A DNA stretch of 64,000 bases, from assembly GCA_030704615.1 (NCBI GenBank), contig CM060731.1, positions 85,994,001 through 86,058,000 on the forward strand, read 5' to 3'. Under the pieces are notes generated by a model. That model was not told the origin of the DNA, ran no database searches, and saw only the letters and a list, made by a program, of their open reading frames with translations. Positions 25,262 through 39,673 of the stretch are shown piece after piece. Each line of letters starts with the position of its first letter. Position 1 is the stretch's first letter. Position numbers and translations under genes: made by a program. Source of the DNA: Takakia lepidozioides (Eukaryota > Plantae > Bryophyta).

Positions 25262-27467
25262 CCCTTCTTCAACACATTTCACCCTGTTTTTCCCTCTTGT
25301 CAGAGTCGGCCCTAAATTTCCATGTTGAATTCTGCAAGTTAGCTGGTTGAGTGAATCTGGTTTGGAGTGACTTTGACATGATACTACCAATGTGATAACA
25401 GGAAAGTATCCAAAAACAAGTAACAGATAGAAGGTGTGGAATGAATAGTTTGTTGACCCCAGTCAATGGTGGGACAACCGAGGCAAAAAGTTGAATCCCT
25501 GTGAGAGTAGCAGACGCAATTCAGCATAGGAACTAGTGTGATTGGGTGTTTCCTAGGTTGTCATTGTCAGCTGCTAGCAGCAAGGAAAAAGATGAATGCA
25601 TGATTTGTGCAGATGCATGGATAGCTGAAGGAGAAGGGATAGAGTGTGGGTCCAGATTCATCCAAGAGGGCCAGATTTGTTTGTGTGATTGTGAGAGAGA
25701 TCGCGGCAGAGACGGGTACACATGGTGGCTTCACCGTGTCCCGGGCATGGTTCGAACGTGGTTGCAGATGGAACAGATTTTCAATTTACCGAGCTTGATG
25801 ACTTTGTATTAGTAGTAGTGGGACAATCATACGCCAAGAACATGTATACTGCCTAGAGCTACGTGTCGAACTGGTTGAGATGGGTTAGGCTGCCACTGTC
25901 ATCTCACCGAAAGCTTATGAGAAATTTGTAATTCCAGATTAAGGGGCTAAAACAATATCATTTGAGGTGGAGCATTCAACTATCCATGCTATGTGAGATT
26001 GTTGCGAAATTATTTATCATTTACTGGGGACAAGTCGGAAGGCAAATGCGTGGTTTGCAAATATTAAGCCCTGGCTATCAAAGTAAATTTGAATCATTCT
26101 CATGCTCACAGTAGAGTGATATCTGATGCACATAGACCAATCAATTGACACTAGGCGTCATGTGTAGCTTGAATTTAAATATCACTTAAGAGTTCCTTAC
26201 AAGCAGGCTTGAATGAATGTTGGCAAATGTTGAATGTTTGTCAGATCCTTGTCACTGTTGGGAAACAGCCAAGCTTGTGCTTGTTGTTGGTTGTCAAGAT
26301 GAGAGTTGTCTCCACTGAAAACCGTCTCCAATTTGTAGTCATTGATACCACTCTGCACACTCGGATTGCATCTAGATATTGAAGCATCTTTGAGTTTGTT
26401 GTTTCCAAGCACCCCTACATGTAACCATGGGCATGGTATTTCCAATTTTTGCAAGTTTTCCTTCTTCATGCATGTGGGAGGTTGTCCGTGACTAACTGAG
26501 GTGTGTGGTGGCAGCTAGAAATAAAGGCTGTTCCTGTACTTCCAGAAGTTGCAGATCCAGCCCCTAATCAAAACGGGCAGTCCAAGGTGCATACTGATTA
26601 AACCCCTGTTACTTGTTTCGGCTGATTACTGTACCAAATTGACTTAAGAAGCATTGCTTGTGGCTTTCAAAAACGCACTCTATGTGTCTGTTTGGTGACC
26701 ATGACAATATGGAGGATAATAAATGTGGCAGGTTCTCTGGGAAACACGTGGGGCATTTGCTACAGCTGGCCTGATGGATTCAACTATCTCAATGAAACTA
26801 GCGGCTGCTGGCGCTGTAGTTTTGGAGGAGGTCTGTGCTCATGAAACTCCTTTTTCTTATTCAAATTGGTGCACGAGAAGCGGTTGCATTTGTAATATAC
26901 TTGACTCTTATGCATTTTTGCCAGTCAGCTAGCTGAGTTTCTGAGGTCAAACCACTATTTTATTCTGGTCTACAGCTTAAGGTATTGTAGGGGATCGATT
27001 TCTGATCTTGGGGACTAATTGGATGAGAGACAACATATGTTTCCTTCTTCAGACTGCTCTGACATTAGCCTGTAAGTTTGGCACCATTCAATTTTGTAGA
27101 TCGTGAAGAATATGTTCTAACATGTTTACTTAGGGTTCTTAGGGTAACATGCTTGAAAAATACAAGGACATGTGTAGGGGCAGACAACTGAAACTGAAGA
27201 TAGTTCGGCGCCCGCAGTGACAACTTCCAAGAACCCAAGGGTGGTGTAACATGATTGTCAAGTCTGTAGAGGTTAGATATAAGGGTTCTTGAGCTTTTTA
27301 TGTTCCTGCTACGAGACTGAATGGAGCACTGAATTCACTTGCTAGGTTGAGGGTGTGATTTGATTGAATCTTCACTGTGACTTTGAGGACATTGTTCCCA
27401 TGGATCTTGATCATTCTGGAGCCAGGCATGGGTTTATGAGAAGTCAGCTTACATTTGTCATAGTTGA

Positions 27468-27731
<264 letters not shown>

Positions 27732-29294
27732 TAGCATGAGTGTCTACCAATTAAGGCATAGGATGTGTGGCCCTATATAAGATGTCTATTTGCCGATTCA
27801 AGAGTTTTGGCAAGGTTGAAAAATGAGAGGCCTCTGATGTCTCTCTATTCAAGAGAAGGCTAGAACCAAGTTGCCCTATTGCCTCTCTTCCCCCTTTTCT
27901 GGTCCAAATCAGGTCCAAGGTCTTTGGCCAGACTTCGGAAGATACACTTGTCATGACGATGACTCTCTCTCTTCTCTCTCTCGTCCATGGACATCGCCAA
28001 GGTTGTCATGTTTGCTATAGTCCTAAGAAGTAAAGACAGATCAGGGGCAGATACTACTGTCCCTGTAGAAATTCCTGGTTGCTAAAGGCCTGAGCTTCGA
28101 GGACTAGAAGTGCCTAGCAACTTACCTGCACGAGACAATTTGTCTGAGTGGTTTGGAATCTGTTGATACAGTTTCCTCGTTCTACTACTGGTGCCATGGG
28201 AACATGAGGACCCCCTGGATGCAATGAAGTTTCTTTCATTTTCTTTCTCTCTTTCTACTGTTCTCCAAGGCTAGCAAAGGTCTTATGAGTACAGTCTGTT
28301 GTTCTCCATTGTTCTACTTGTCCTTGGGCCCCTTTGGGCCTCCCTTGGACATACTAAATTTCTACAAGATCCAAGGGACGTACTGTTATTTCCTTACAGC
28401 TTCCCAATGTTGAGTGGGGAGTCTCAGCTGCGAAAATCCAATGTGCCTCGCATCTACCTGCTTGAGGGATGGTCTTTGGGCAGCACTGGATGTATTTGGA
28501 AGTAGCTTTTGGTAAATTCTGCCTTGTCCCATGGCTATATGTGGCTCTCTACTGATGGTATTTCTTTTTATCTCGTTCTTAGTCTGCTGTTTGCAGGTCT
28601 ACTCACATAATGTGGCTAACCTCAACTTTGGGAATGTTGAATCTTATTTTCTAGAAGGAGGAGGTACCTCGGGCTGTGGAGGAACTCCACGAGGAATTGT
28701 CACGGGTGATCTTGAAACATGTGAACAAGTCTGCTATTTTTAATTGACTTCATGCCATCTGAGACCCAAGGTGGGAAAGGCTCTCCCTGAAGAGCATACA
28801 CCTGTTTCCCCTTCGTCACGGCTGGTTACATACACACACAAATGTGAGATTATGGTAGATACATTTGTAGAGGTGTGGAGGGAACTCGTGCTCACATTCA
28901 GGCACACCGTCTTCTCTCACTAATTGGTTCTTGCAATATGGTTGTGGGGTTACATTGCAGGGGAATTGGTGGGAAGTTTGTTGATGATGTTTGGTTGTCA
29001 ATTAGTTCTAATAGCTGGAATACCACAGTAAAGTAGGGAACGGGTTTTCATTTAAATTTCCAAATCCATAAACTAAAGCCAGAAGGAGAGAAAGCAGTTT
29101 GAAAAATTAATAAACAGTACCGTGCTCAATGCCAATTGGCCTAAGAGAGGGGCGTTGTGGGATTTTTAAACCAGAGGATCCAAGATGGTGTCTTATAATT
29201 TTGTGTTGAGGCAGTGATGCAGAACTGCAGCCCCAACATTGTGTTAGCATTTGCGGTTTGATTCCCTGTGGATCAATAGCTACAAGAAACCTGC

Positions 29295-32200
29295 ATGCAT
29301 AGATGGTCAACTAAAGCGGCACAGTTGATAAAATCAGGCACCTCAACCATGACCACAACCTCTGGAAGAGGATCAAGAGAGGGAGTCCAAAATGCCTCTT
29401 CTGGCACTTCTGGGCATGTGAAGGTGCTTTGTGAGGCAGGCAGACTAAACGAGGCTCTACAGACTTTAAACCAAGGAGGCATTTCAGCAAATTCAGAGCA
29501 TTTTGAAGCAGATTCAGATATGTATGTCTGTCTCTTGTATAAGTGCATCAAGATGGAAGGCCTTGAAGCTGGAAAACATGTGCACACTCACATTATCCAA
29601 AGTGGATTCACGCCAAATGTTTTTCTACTCAACACCCTTGTCAACATGTATGTTAAGTGCGGGAGCATCATGGATGCTCACCAAGTGTTCAACAATCTTT
29701 GATCACGTGGAATATAATGTTGGCAGGATTTACCAAGCGTGGGTGGTCAAATCCTCCATGGGCCACAAGGTCAAGGCCAATGTGGTGAGGGCACCTTCTT
29801 CTTCGACCTATTTCAGCCTGTTTTGCCCTCTCATCAGACTCGGCACTGGGATGCATACTGAATTGTCAAGGACAATGTGGTGAGGGCACCTTGATGTGGT
29901 GAGCAAATGATGCGCGAAGGGGTGAAGCCCAACCACATCACGTTCATTTGTGTTTGCAATGCGTGTGCAAAGCCTGGGAGCCCTGGAAAAGGGGAAAGAG
30001 GTCCATGATGACATCGTCAAAGCTGGAATTGTACCAGATGTCATTGTGAACACTACCCTGGTGGACATGTCTGCCAAACGTGTGTGCATTAAGGATGCAA
30101 AGGGAGTTTTCAACACTATGGCTGAACGAGATGTGGTGTCATGGAACACAATGCTTGCAGGATATCCACAGCAGGGACGTGGTAGGGAGGCTTTGGAGAC
30201 CTGTGATCAAATGATGGGGGAAGGGGTGAAGCCCGACCACATCATGTTTCTGTGCATTTGCAATGCGTGTGCAAGCCTGGCAGCTCTGGAAAAGGGCAAA
30301 GAGGTCCATGGTGACATTGTCAGAGCTGCAATTGTACCAAATGTCATTCTGAACAATACCCTTGTGGACATGTATGAAGGGAGTGTTCGACAGTATGGCT
30401 GAATGATGGTGTCGTGGAGTGCGATGATTGCAAGATATGCACAGCAAGGGCGCGGGATGGAGGCTTTGGAGACCTATGAGCAAATTATGTGCGAAGGGGT
30501 GAAGCCCAACCACATAATGTTTGCTTGCATTTGCAAGCCTGGCAGCCCTGGAAAAGGGCAAAGAGGTCCATGGTGACATCGTCAGAGCTGGAATTGTACC
30601 CGATGTCATTCAGATCAACACTGCCCTGGTGGACATGTATGTCAAATGTGGGTGCATCGAGGATGCAAAGGGAGTGTTCGACAGTATGGCTGAACGAGAT
30701 GTGGTGTCGTGGAGTGCAATGATTGCAGTGATGCACAACAAGGGTGCGGGATGGAGGCTTTGGAGACCTATGAGCAAATGATGTGAGAAGGGGTGAAGCC
30801 CGACCACATCACGTTTGTGTGCATTTGCAATGCGTGTGAAAGCCTGGCAGCTCTGGAAAAGGGCGAAGAGGTCCATGGCAACATGGCAGTACAGGTGTGG
30901 CCGACGGTTCCAGAAGTCAGACAAGCTGCAGGTTTGTCAACTTATGTGTTGGCTTTTACTTGGTTGCTCACCATTTCTTCACTAGAGTCCACATCAGTTT
31001 TCTTTGTTTGGGCGTGGCTATCAGCAAATGATGTGGAAAGGGGTGAAGCCCGACCACATCACGTTTGTGTGCGTTTGCAAGCCTAGCAGCCCTGGAAAAG
31101 GGCAAAGAGGTGCATGGTTGCATCGCCAAAGCTGGAATTGTACCAGATGTGATTCTGAACAATACCCTCGTAGACATGTATGCCAAATGTGGGAGCATTG
31201 AGGATACGGAGGGAGTGTTCAACAATATGGCTAATCGAGATTTGGTGTCATGGAACGTCATGCTTGCAGGATATGCACAGCAGGGGCGCGGGATGGAGGC
31301 CTGGGGGAAGGGGAGGCCTTGGAGACCTATGAGCAAATGATGGTGGAACTGGTGAAGTGCAACCACATCACGTTTCTGTGCGTTTGCAATGCTTGTGCAA
31401 GCCTGGCAGCCCTGGAAAAGGGCAAAGGGTGCCTGGTGACATCATCAAAGCTGGAATTGTACCAAATGTCATTCTGGACACTGCCCTGGTGAACATGTAT
31501 GCGAAATGTGGGTGCATTGAGGATGCAAAGGGAGTATTTGACAATGTGGCTGAATGAAATGTGGTGTCATGGATGATCGCAGGATATGCCCAACATGGTT
31601 GTCATAGGGAGGTCTTGCATCTATTTGAAGGAATGCAAAAGAACGGCTTGAAGCCGGACAGTATCACCTTTATATGTGTTCTCTCTACATGCAGCCACAC
31701 TGGCCTACTGAATGAAGGAAGACGCTACTTCGATTCCCTGAGTCAAGATCATGGTGTCACCCCGCCAGTAAAGCACTTTGGCTGCATGGTGGACCTTCTG
31801 GACGAGCGGGACAAGTACATGAGGCAGTAAACCTGATTAATAAAATGCCAATCAATCCAGATGTAGTGGTGTGGAAGGCCTTGCTTGGTGCCTGCAGAAC
31901 CCATGGCAATGTCGAGATGGTTGAATGTGTGGCAACATCTATCCTCAAGTGGGATGAGCAGGATGCCGCGACTTACGTGTTGCTATATCAAACATCTATG
32001 CTGCAGCTGGCAGGTGGGATGATACTGCAAAGGTGAGAAGAATGATGAAGGTCAGAGGGGTTAGAAAGGAGCCAGATAACAAGTTGCATCCCAGAATTAA
32101 GGAAATCCATGCTGAGCTGAGAAGATTGTCTGGGCAGATGAAGGAGGCGGGGTATGTGCCTGACACACGCTTTTTATTGCATGATATGGAGGAAAGGAAT

Positions 32201-32389
32201 TTTCTCTTTGCCACCAAGGCCATTGGTTTTGGGCTGATCAGCACGACTCGTCAAGAATCTTCGAGTGTGTGGAGACTGCCACACCTCCACCAAATTCAAA
32301 GATTGTTGGCCGAGCAATTGTTGTATGGGACGCTAACTATTTTCCACCACTTTGAAGATGGGATTTGTTCTTGTGGTGATTACTGGTGA
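29295..32389 (+). pseudogene. PLS-class PPR-E-DYW RNA-editing factor pseudogene
   Basis: N-terminal LCEAGRLNEALQTL, many PLS repeats, E domain VVWKALLGACRTHGNV, DYW domain MKEAGYVPDT...HHFEDGICSCGDYW*. Multiple frameshifts, and the HSE motif region is deleted. Confidence 0.92.
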
Positions 32390-33107
32390 AAGGATGTTTT
32401 CTTGGAAAGATGCTAGTGTCTTGCTTCATTCATTGATCCGTGTAGCTACTCAGACCATCCACCATTTCCCGAGTGTTGATCATCATGTATTGTTGAGTGC
32501 AAGATGCAAGTGTCTTGCTTCATTCATTGATATGTGTAGCTACTCAGACCATCCACCATTTCTTGATAGTGGGGTCTACCCGGCATAGGTGGGAAGTCAG
32601 CCCACAATTGCACTTGACTGAAGGGGTGATTTTTGACTGATTCTGGCGACAGTGGATGGAAATCAGAGTGTTGTCCTAATTCTGGGTTTGGGTGGTGGAG
32701 CTTCTCCAAAGCTTGAAGATGGAAGTGAATACAAATTTTAAAGAGCTTGATGAGAGGGGCAGCCCTGTGCACAAGTTTGTTCAGCATCTTAAATTTAGAC
32801 ATCTTTGTTTGTTTCTCGTGGTGTGGCTTTGGATGGAGCCCTTGACGAACTTGCATGAATATTGTCAAAAGCTAGCCTTAACCCACCAAGATCCAATCCC
32901 ATGGTGGATGCTTGAAAGTTCATACAGTGGATGTAAGGGTATTTGGGTATGTTGTTATTGGTTGATGCGGCTTGTGAAAATTGAACATTGAAATGCAGAT
33001 CCGCCATTTTTCTTCCAGAAAAAAACAAAACATGGGATCTCTGCATGTAACACCGTGGGGATGACCCACCCCTTTTTTGTGAAAAATTGAACATAGTCCT
33101 CAGAATT

Positions 33108-33121
33108 CGTCGCTAGTAGTG
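33108..33121 (-). mobile_element. Possible orphan CACTA terminus
   Basis: CGTCGCTAGTAGTG is the reverse complement of CACTACTAGCGACG. No partner end or TSD found. Confidence 0.35.
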
Positions 33122-33498
33122 CGGAGCAACGCGAAGCCCTAGTGTGTTGAGTGTATTGTAAATTCTAGCAACGACCGAAGGTCGAAAGCTAGTTTAGCGT
33201 AGAGCAGGAATATGGTGCCATAGTGCCACGTCATCGTTGCCACGTTTCGTCGTCGTCAATTTTTGTCGGATCTGCCCGGCCTGCCCGAAAACCCAGAACC
33301 TTTCTTGACCCGAAGCTTTCTTCAATGGCCTGAAGGGGCGTTGCGCATTGTGAACCAAGGAGGCGATTCGGCACACCAAGGGCTCACCCCAAACAAGAGG
33401 GTATTTTTTCTGCGTTCTTCGTGCGTGTGAGAGCCTCCAAGCTCTTGAAAAGGGCACAGAGGCACATGCTAACATCATCAAAGCTAGAATTGGGTCAG

Positions 33499-34170
33499 AT
33501 ATCATTCTGGAGACAGCCCGTATGCTAAATGTAGAAGCGCGCAAAGTGTTTGACAATGTAACTCAACAAGATGTGGTCTCTTGGAACGCCATGATCACGG
33601 GATATGCTCAGCATGGGTATGGTAGGGAGGCTCTGGAGATCTATGAGCAAATAATACTGGAAGGGGTGATACCCGACAGGGTCATGTTTACTCTGCTAAT
33701 GAAGGCACCTTCTTCAACACATTTCACCCTGTTTGGAGTGAGTTTGATATGATATTGCCAATGTGACAACATGGAAGTATGCAGAAACAGGTAACAGAGA
33801 CGAGGAGAAGCTGTGGAATGAATACTTTTATGACCTATCATTCTGGAGACAGCCCGTATGCTAAATTTAGAAGCGCGCAAAGTGTTTGACAATGTAACTC
33901 AACAAGATGTGGTCTCTTGGAAGCCATGATCACGGGATATGCTCAGCATGGGTGTGGTAGGGAGGCTCTGGAGATCTATGAGCAAATGATACTGGAAGGG
34001 GTGATACCCGAAAGGGTCACGTTTACTCTGCTAATGAAGGCACCTTCTTCAACACATTTCACCCTGTTTGGAGTGAGTTTGACATGATACTGCCAATGTG
34101 ACAACAGGGAAGTATGCAAAAACAGGTAACAGAGACAAGGAGAAGCTGTGGAATAAATACTTTTCTGACC
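33499..34170 (+). repeat. ~337-bp tandem duplication of a PPR fragment
   Basis: TATCATTCTGGAGACAGCCCGTATGCTAAAT occurs at ~33499 and ~33836. Encodes EARKVFDNVTQQDVVSW. Confidence 0.85.
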
Positions 34171-34431
34171 CCAGTGGTGGGACAATCGAGGCAAAAAGGT
34201 GAATGCCTGTTGGATTACAGAGAGTAGCAGATGCAAGTGAGCATAGGAACTAGTGTGATAAGTTGAGTTGGGTGTTTCGTAGAACAAATATAGGCTGTCA
34301 TTGTTAGTTGATAGTAGCAAGACAAGGATGTAGTATGATTTGTGCAGAGGCATGGATAGCTGAAGGAGCAGGGATAGTGTGTGGGTGGACAGATTCATCC
34401 GAGAGGGCCGACTTCAAGCTCCAGATGACCT

Positions 34432-35405
34432 ATGATTCCATGTGGATCAATAGCTACAATAAACCTGCATGTGAAGATACTTTGTGCGGCAAGCAGCCTG
34501 ATAGAGGCTCTACAGACTCCAAACCAAGGAGGCATTTCAGCAGATTCAGATACGTATGTCTGTCTCTTGCTTAAGTGCATCAAGATGGAAGGTCTGGAAG
34601 CTGGAAAGCAGGTGCACACTCACATTATCCAAAGTGGATTCACACCAAATGTTTTTCTACTCAACACCCTTGTCAACATGTATGTTAAGTGCGGGAGCAT
34701 CATGGATGCTCATCAAGTGTTCAATAGAATGCCTCAACGATCTTTGATCACGTGATAATGTTGGCAGGATTTACCAAGCATGGGTGTGGTAGGAATGCTT
34801 TGGAGACCTATGAGCAAATGCTGCGCAAAGGGGTGAAGCCCAACCACATCACATTTGTTTGTGTTTGCAATGCGTATGAAAGCCTGGGAGCCTTGGAAAA
34901 GCAAGGACAATGTGGTGAGGGCACCTTCTTCGTCGACCTATTTCAGCCTGTTTTGCCCTCTCATCAAACTCAGCCCTGAGATGCATATTGAATTCTGTAA
35001 GTTAGCTCTTTGGGTGGATCTGTGGTGGTTTGGAATGATTTCGACAAGTAACTGCCGATGTGGCAGCAGGAAAGTATCCAAAAATAGATAACAGAGATGA
35101 GGATCTACCAAGCATGGGTGTGGAATGAATGCTTTGGAGACCTATGAGCAAATGATGCACGAAGGGGTGAAGCCCAACCACATCACATTCATTTGTGTTT
35201 GCAATGCATGTGCAAGCCTGGGAGCCCTGGAAAAGGGCAAAGAGGTCCATGATGACATTGTCAAAGCTGGAATTGTACCAGATGTCATTTTGAACACTGC
35301 CCTGGTGGACAAGTATGCCAAATGTGGGTGTATTAAGGATGCAAAGGCACTTTTCAACAATATGGCTGAACAAGATGTGGTGTCGTGGAGAGCGATGCTT
35401 GCAGG
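34432..35405 (+). pseudogene. 5' part of a second PLS-PPR paralogue, interrupted by CACTA end D
   Basis: Paralogous to 29260-29700 (YVCLL.KCIKMEGLEAGK.VHTHIIQSGFTPNVFLLNTLVNMYVKCG). Ends at ...ATGCTTGCAGG|CACTAC. Confidence 0.85.
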
Positions 35406-35848
35406 CACTACTACGTTTGGGGGGGGGGGGTTTTAGTGATGCCCCAGCGACCTCCAACCGCCGCGATTAGCGACGGAAATACTCTATGGGGCCCTGGGCG
35501 CGCCGGGGGCATTTTGTGACGTCGGGAAGTCGCAGAGACGTCGCTCCCGGAACGTCGCTAATTAGCGTCGTCGGGGAATCGCAAACCCCCCGGCCGTGGC
35601 ACCGGCGCGACTTGCGACGTCCAGGCATCAAATAAATAAATAAAATAAAATAAAATAAAAATCTACGACGTTTTTTCTGCGACGTCGCATTAGGGACGTC
35701 CGGGGGTCATAAATGCGACCCCCAAACCTCACAGTAGGGGGGTACATTTGAATTTAGGTGGGAAAATTTGAATTTGAATTTAAATTTGAATTTTGAATTT
35801 CAAAAACTAGTTGACCATTGACTCGGCGTTGACCATTGACTCCTTCCT

Positions 35849-38800
35849 ATGTGGATGCAACAGAAAAGGTTATACATTCTTAACCAAATTGTCGTGGCAA
35901 CAATTCGTTTTTGTGGTGTTTGGCGCTTACTAATATGCTGGGTAGTTGGACAGACCCGGTGGCTCCAAAGTTGGAATGGTTCCCAAAGTACAACGGACAT
36001 GTGGAGCTTCCCCAAACCCGACAAACTGTCCGACCCCACATTCGACATGTGGATGAACCGCATGACATGGTGGTTTCAGGTACTTTCCCACGCTTCATTT
36101 GGGGCTTCTACTCTTGTATCAAATGGATTTATTGTATTTTTTGAGGAAAGCGGTCTGATGGAGAATGTCCACAGGTGACGACGAATGCGCAAGAGCAGTT
36201 TGACACACAAGCACATCAGTTCAAGCTAGAGATTTCTGGTGAAGCAGAGAGCCTACGCGACTATGTGACAAGGTACTTTCTGCTCTACAAAACCGACCTA
36301 TTCTTTCGAGAGATACCCCATGCCCGCCGGAGCCACGAGTTCACCGACCAGCCGAATGCGGACAAAGCGGCAATGCGCCTTCTGTACAGGTACATTAGTT
36401 GTGAAGAAGTCCTTGGAAAAATGGCACCGAATTTCCGGATTTGGGCCCTGGGGGATGGCTGTCCAGGGGGTGACTGGCACTCAGTCTGGAAATTCGGCGC
36501 CATTTTTCCAGTTGCAGGCCCAGTCAGATCTAGGACTTAGCCATTCTCGGCCCCAACCTGGGAAAATGGCGCCGCATTTCCAGTTCAGGGCCCCGAAAAT
36601 GGCTAAGTCATTGGGGTGTGTGGCACCGAAACTGGAAATTCGGCGCCATTTTTCCACTTCTGGGCCCAGTCAATTCTGGGACTTAGCCATTTTCGGCCCC
36701 AACCTGGGAAAATGGTGCCGACTTTCCAGTTCAGGGCCCCGAAAATGGCTAAGTCCCTTGGGTGGCTGGCACCGAAACTGGAAATTCCGCGCCATTTTTC
36801 CAGTTCCGGCCCCAATCAGTTCTGGGACTTAGCCATTTTCGGCCCCAATCTGGGAAAATGGCGTCAAATTTCCAGTTCAGGGCCCCGAAAATGGCTAAGT
36901 CCCTGGGGTGGCTGGCACTGAAACTGGAAATTCGGCGCCATTTTTCCAGTTCCAGGCCCAGTCAGTTCTGGGACTTAGCCATTTTCGGCCCCAATCTGGG
37001 AAAATGGCGCCGAATTTCCAGTTCAGGGCCCCGCAAATGGCTCAGTCCCTGGGGTGGCTGGCACCGAAACTGGAAATTCGGCGCCATTTTTCCAGTTCCA
37101 GGCCCAATCAGTTCTAGGACTTAGCCATTTTCGGCCCCAATCTGGGAAAATGGCGCCGAATTTCCAGTTCAGGGCCCCGCAAATGGCTCAGTCCCTGGGG
37201 TGGCTGGCACCGAAACTGGAAATTCGGCGCCATTTTTCGCGTCTATTTTGCAGTTTGATTCCCTAAAATTTACCTTGTTCCCGGGACCTCATTATGTGTG
37301 TGTTTCTTGAATGCAGGTACTGCAAGTTCTCCCTTTTGGAGAAAGGTCATCTGTCCTTCGAGCCGCCATTCTTCCTCCCATGGAGGAACCCTGGGGCTGA
37401 CTCCATGTACACTGACGTTATCGTGAAGGAGTGGCATCTGGAACATTTGCGCGACTGCCCTTGGTATGTGGACCTTCCGCCCGGCTCGCTCGACTCATCC
37501 GAGTTTCAATTGAAGCTGGATGCGGAGGCCCGACGAAACCGGGCTCCGCTGCCTCCGCTAGGTCCAAAGGAGGCGAAAGCGCTTGCCAAGTCCAGGAAAG
37601 CGGCAGAGCTTGCTCAGGTAGGTATTCAGGAGAAATTGAATGAGAAGAATAAAGGTCAAAAGAAAAGGACACGGAAATAGGGGAGTACAGTAACCCCCAA
37701 AAAACAGAAAACCACCAGGGCACCAGAGGAGGCGCAGGAGGGGCCCCAAGGGAGTGACTCCGACGACGACTTTGTGCAAGGTCCTGCGACTGCTGCTACT
37801 GGTACCAAGTCACCGGTCGTCCGGGTTCCCAAGTCAGTTCGGACTGGGACTGGCTCTGTCAAGAAGTTGGCATTTGAGGGCGAGCCTACACGGCGGTATT
37901 CGGCGGTGATGTTTCCGCAGAGGCCAAAGCTAGAACCCCCAACCATCATCCAATGTGTCAATGAGAGCTTCCTTGACGCTCTGGCTGCCAAGGCGAAGAA
38001 GGTGGCACACAGCAAGTCTGTGGAGGAGCTAAAGGGGAAAGCCAAGAAGAGGGCTCCCAGTACAGAGCCTAAAGACACCCTTGGTTTCGAATCCATGATG
38101 GAATTCTTCACGGCTGTGAGCACGGATTGCAAGAGCACTCGGGGGGGGGGGGGGGGGGGGTTGAGGTGGAGAGAGTCTGCGATATGATTCTCCTCGATAT
38201 TCCAGATGGGGAGCTGCTGAAGGGCCTGGATGGTGTGCCCACCTGGAACAGGTTTACTGAGGACTACTGGAGAGCCGGGTTTGGGCTGGTGGGGATGCTC
38301 CTGGATGACGGTGGATGTATTGTGGTCCTTGCCACAAGAGGGAAGACCACAGACAATGATGTGGCAAGGTGGACACCAAAAAGTGTCACCCCGGTCCTCC
38401 TCAAAAAATGGTTCTGCATCAATACGCAGGGGTTGCGAACAGAGGGCCAGAGTGTAAGTTATCAATCTATTGCATTCACTTCATATTGTGGTGTATCTGA
38501 ACTAGACCCTGGAGTTGATCCCTCTTTTGTTGGATGTGCAGACTTTGGTGTTTGAGGCATATTGTTTTGTGAAGAGAGGGTCTACGTTCAAATTCCGCAA
38601 CGACGGTCGTCTTGTTGATGCCGCTGTGCACCCTGTTACCTACGATGTTCTCTACAACTACGTGCCCCACTCCAGTATGCCGAAGGACACAAAGACAGGC
38701 AAACCGTGGCGGTACAGCCGGACCCGGAGCCCTGCTTTCATCCAAACCCTCATGGAGACGTGCTCGGATGTCCAAGGGCGGATTCTTGATCTCACATGCG

Positions 38801-39673
38801 GCACGGGTAAGCCTTCACGTGCACAGTTTGTCCCCTGGCCTGATTGCAATTGCATGCCGCATGCTACTAACTGCTCGCTTTGTCCATCAATGTGGGCAGG
38901 GACGTTGTCCGACAGGCATGTCTTCGCCTTCGAGCCAGATACTGTCCTCCACAACTCCGAACTTGCAGCGGCTGAACGTCTTCCGAAAGAGGAAGAGGCA
39001 TCCTTAGAGGATGAGGAAGAATCCGACAAGGAGTAGGAGGAGATACAAGTTGGGATCGAGGCCGAGGAGCCCCCGGTTTATGAGTGAGTGGTCACATTAT
39101 AAGTTGCCTCCTGATTTCGTGAGGCACCTCCCTTTGCTCTCTTATTTCATTGAAAGACCCTTTGTGCTTCTGCTGGTATTGACATTCTTGAAGTGGATTT
39201 GTTCTTACTGTAGGATGCCAAGTACTGCAGGATGGACGTCTACATCGCTGTTTATGGGAAGGAGGAACGTGCATTTTTTTGCCAGGGGGGATTTCATGCC
39301 AAGTCCAGAAAGGGACTACATCCTTCCTACTTATGCTGCCTGGCTTGCTTCGGTGTCCATTAGGAGGTCTTCCGAACCTAGTCGTGTACAGCAAATTTTA
39401 GACGGGGCAAACCTCAAGAAAATGAAGAAGAGGGAGGAGGCAGCAGCTATTAGAGCTCGTCAGGCTCGTAGATTTGTCTTGGATTCTGCTGAGGAAAGTG
39501 GGGGAGAAGAGGCAGAAGATTCCCAGGAGGTGAGGTGGACAGTCTTCCAAGGAGAGGACGGTATTTTTGAGAGGCATAGTGGAACTGATGCATCTCATAG
39601 CTCAGAGGATGGGGGGGATGAGGGGGATGAGGAGGAAGGTGGGGCAAGTTCCTCGGAGGGTGTAGGAGAGTAG
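35849..39673 (+). pseudogene. ParB-MTase family gene, copy D (ParB exon absent)
   Basis: PTFDMWMNRMTWWFQ, MRLLYR|YCKF, MYT...CPWYVDLP, DMILLDIPDG, LLDDGG, KWFCIN, LYNYVP..PWRYSRTRSPAFIQTLMETCS..RILDLTCGTG, RHVFAFEPD. Intron positions match copies A and C. Confidence 0.8.
36413..37240. repeat. Intronic 146-bp tandem repeat built from GGCGCC-centred imperfect palindromes (copy D)
   Basis: Period 146 bp (36616, 36762, 36908, 37054). Each unit contains TGGAAATTCGGCGCCATTTTTCCA and its near reverse complement, plus the inverted pair GGACTTAGCCATTTTCGG / CCGAAAATGGCTAAGTCC. Confidence 0.95.

Noticed and set aside
25811-25820. AGTAGTAGTG as the partner CACTA end for 24443
   Set aside because: It matches only the first 9 bp, lacks subterminal repeats, and its flank (GGA) does not match the expected CCT. 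The 35406 end fits far better.
36320-37266. Repeated ORFs MAGTETGNSAPFFQF...
   Set aside because: These are translations of the 146-bp intronic repeat; the period is not a multiple of 3.
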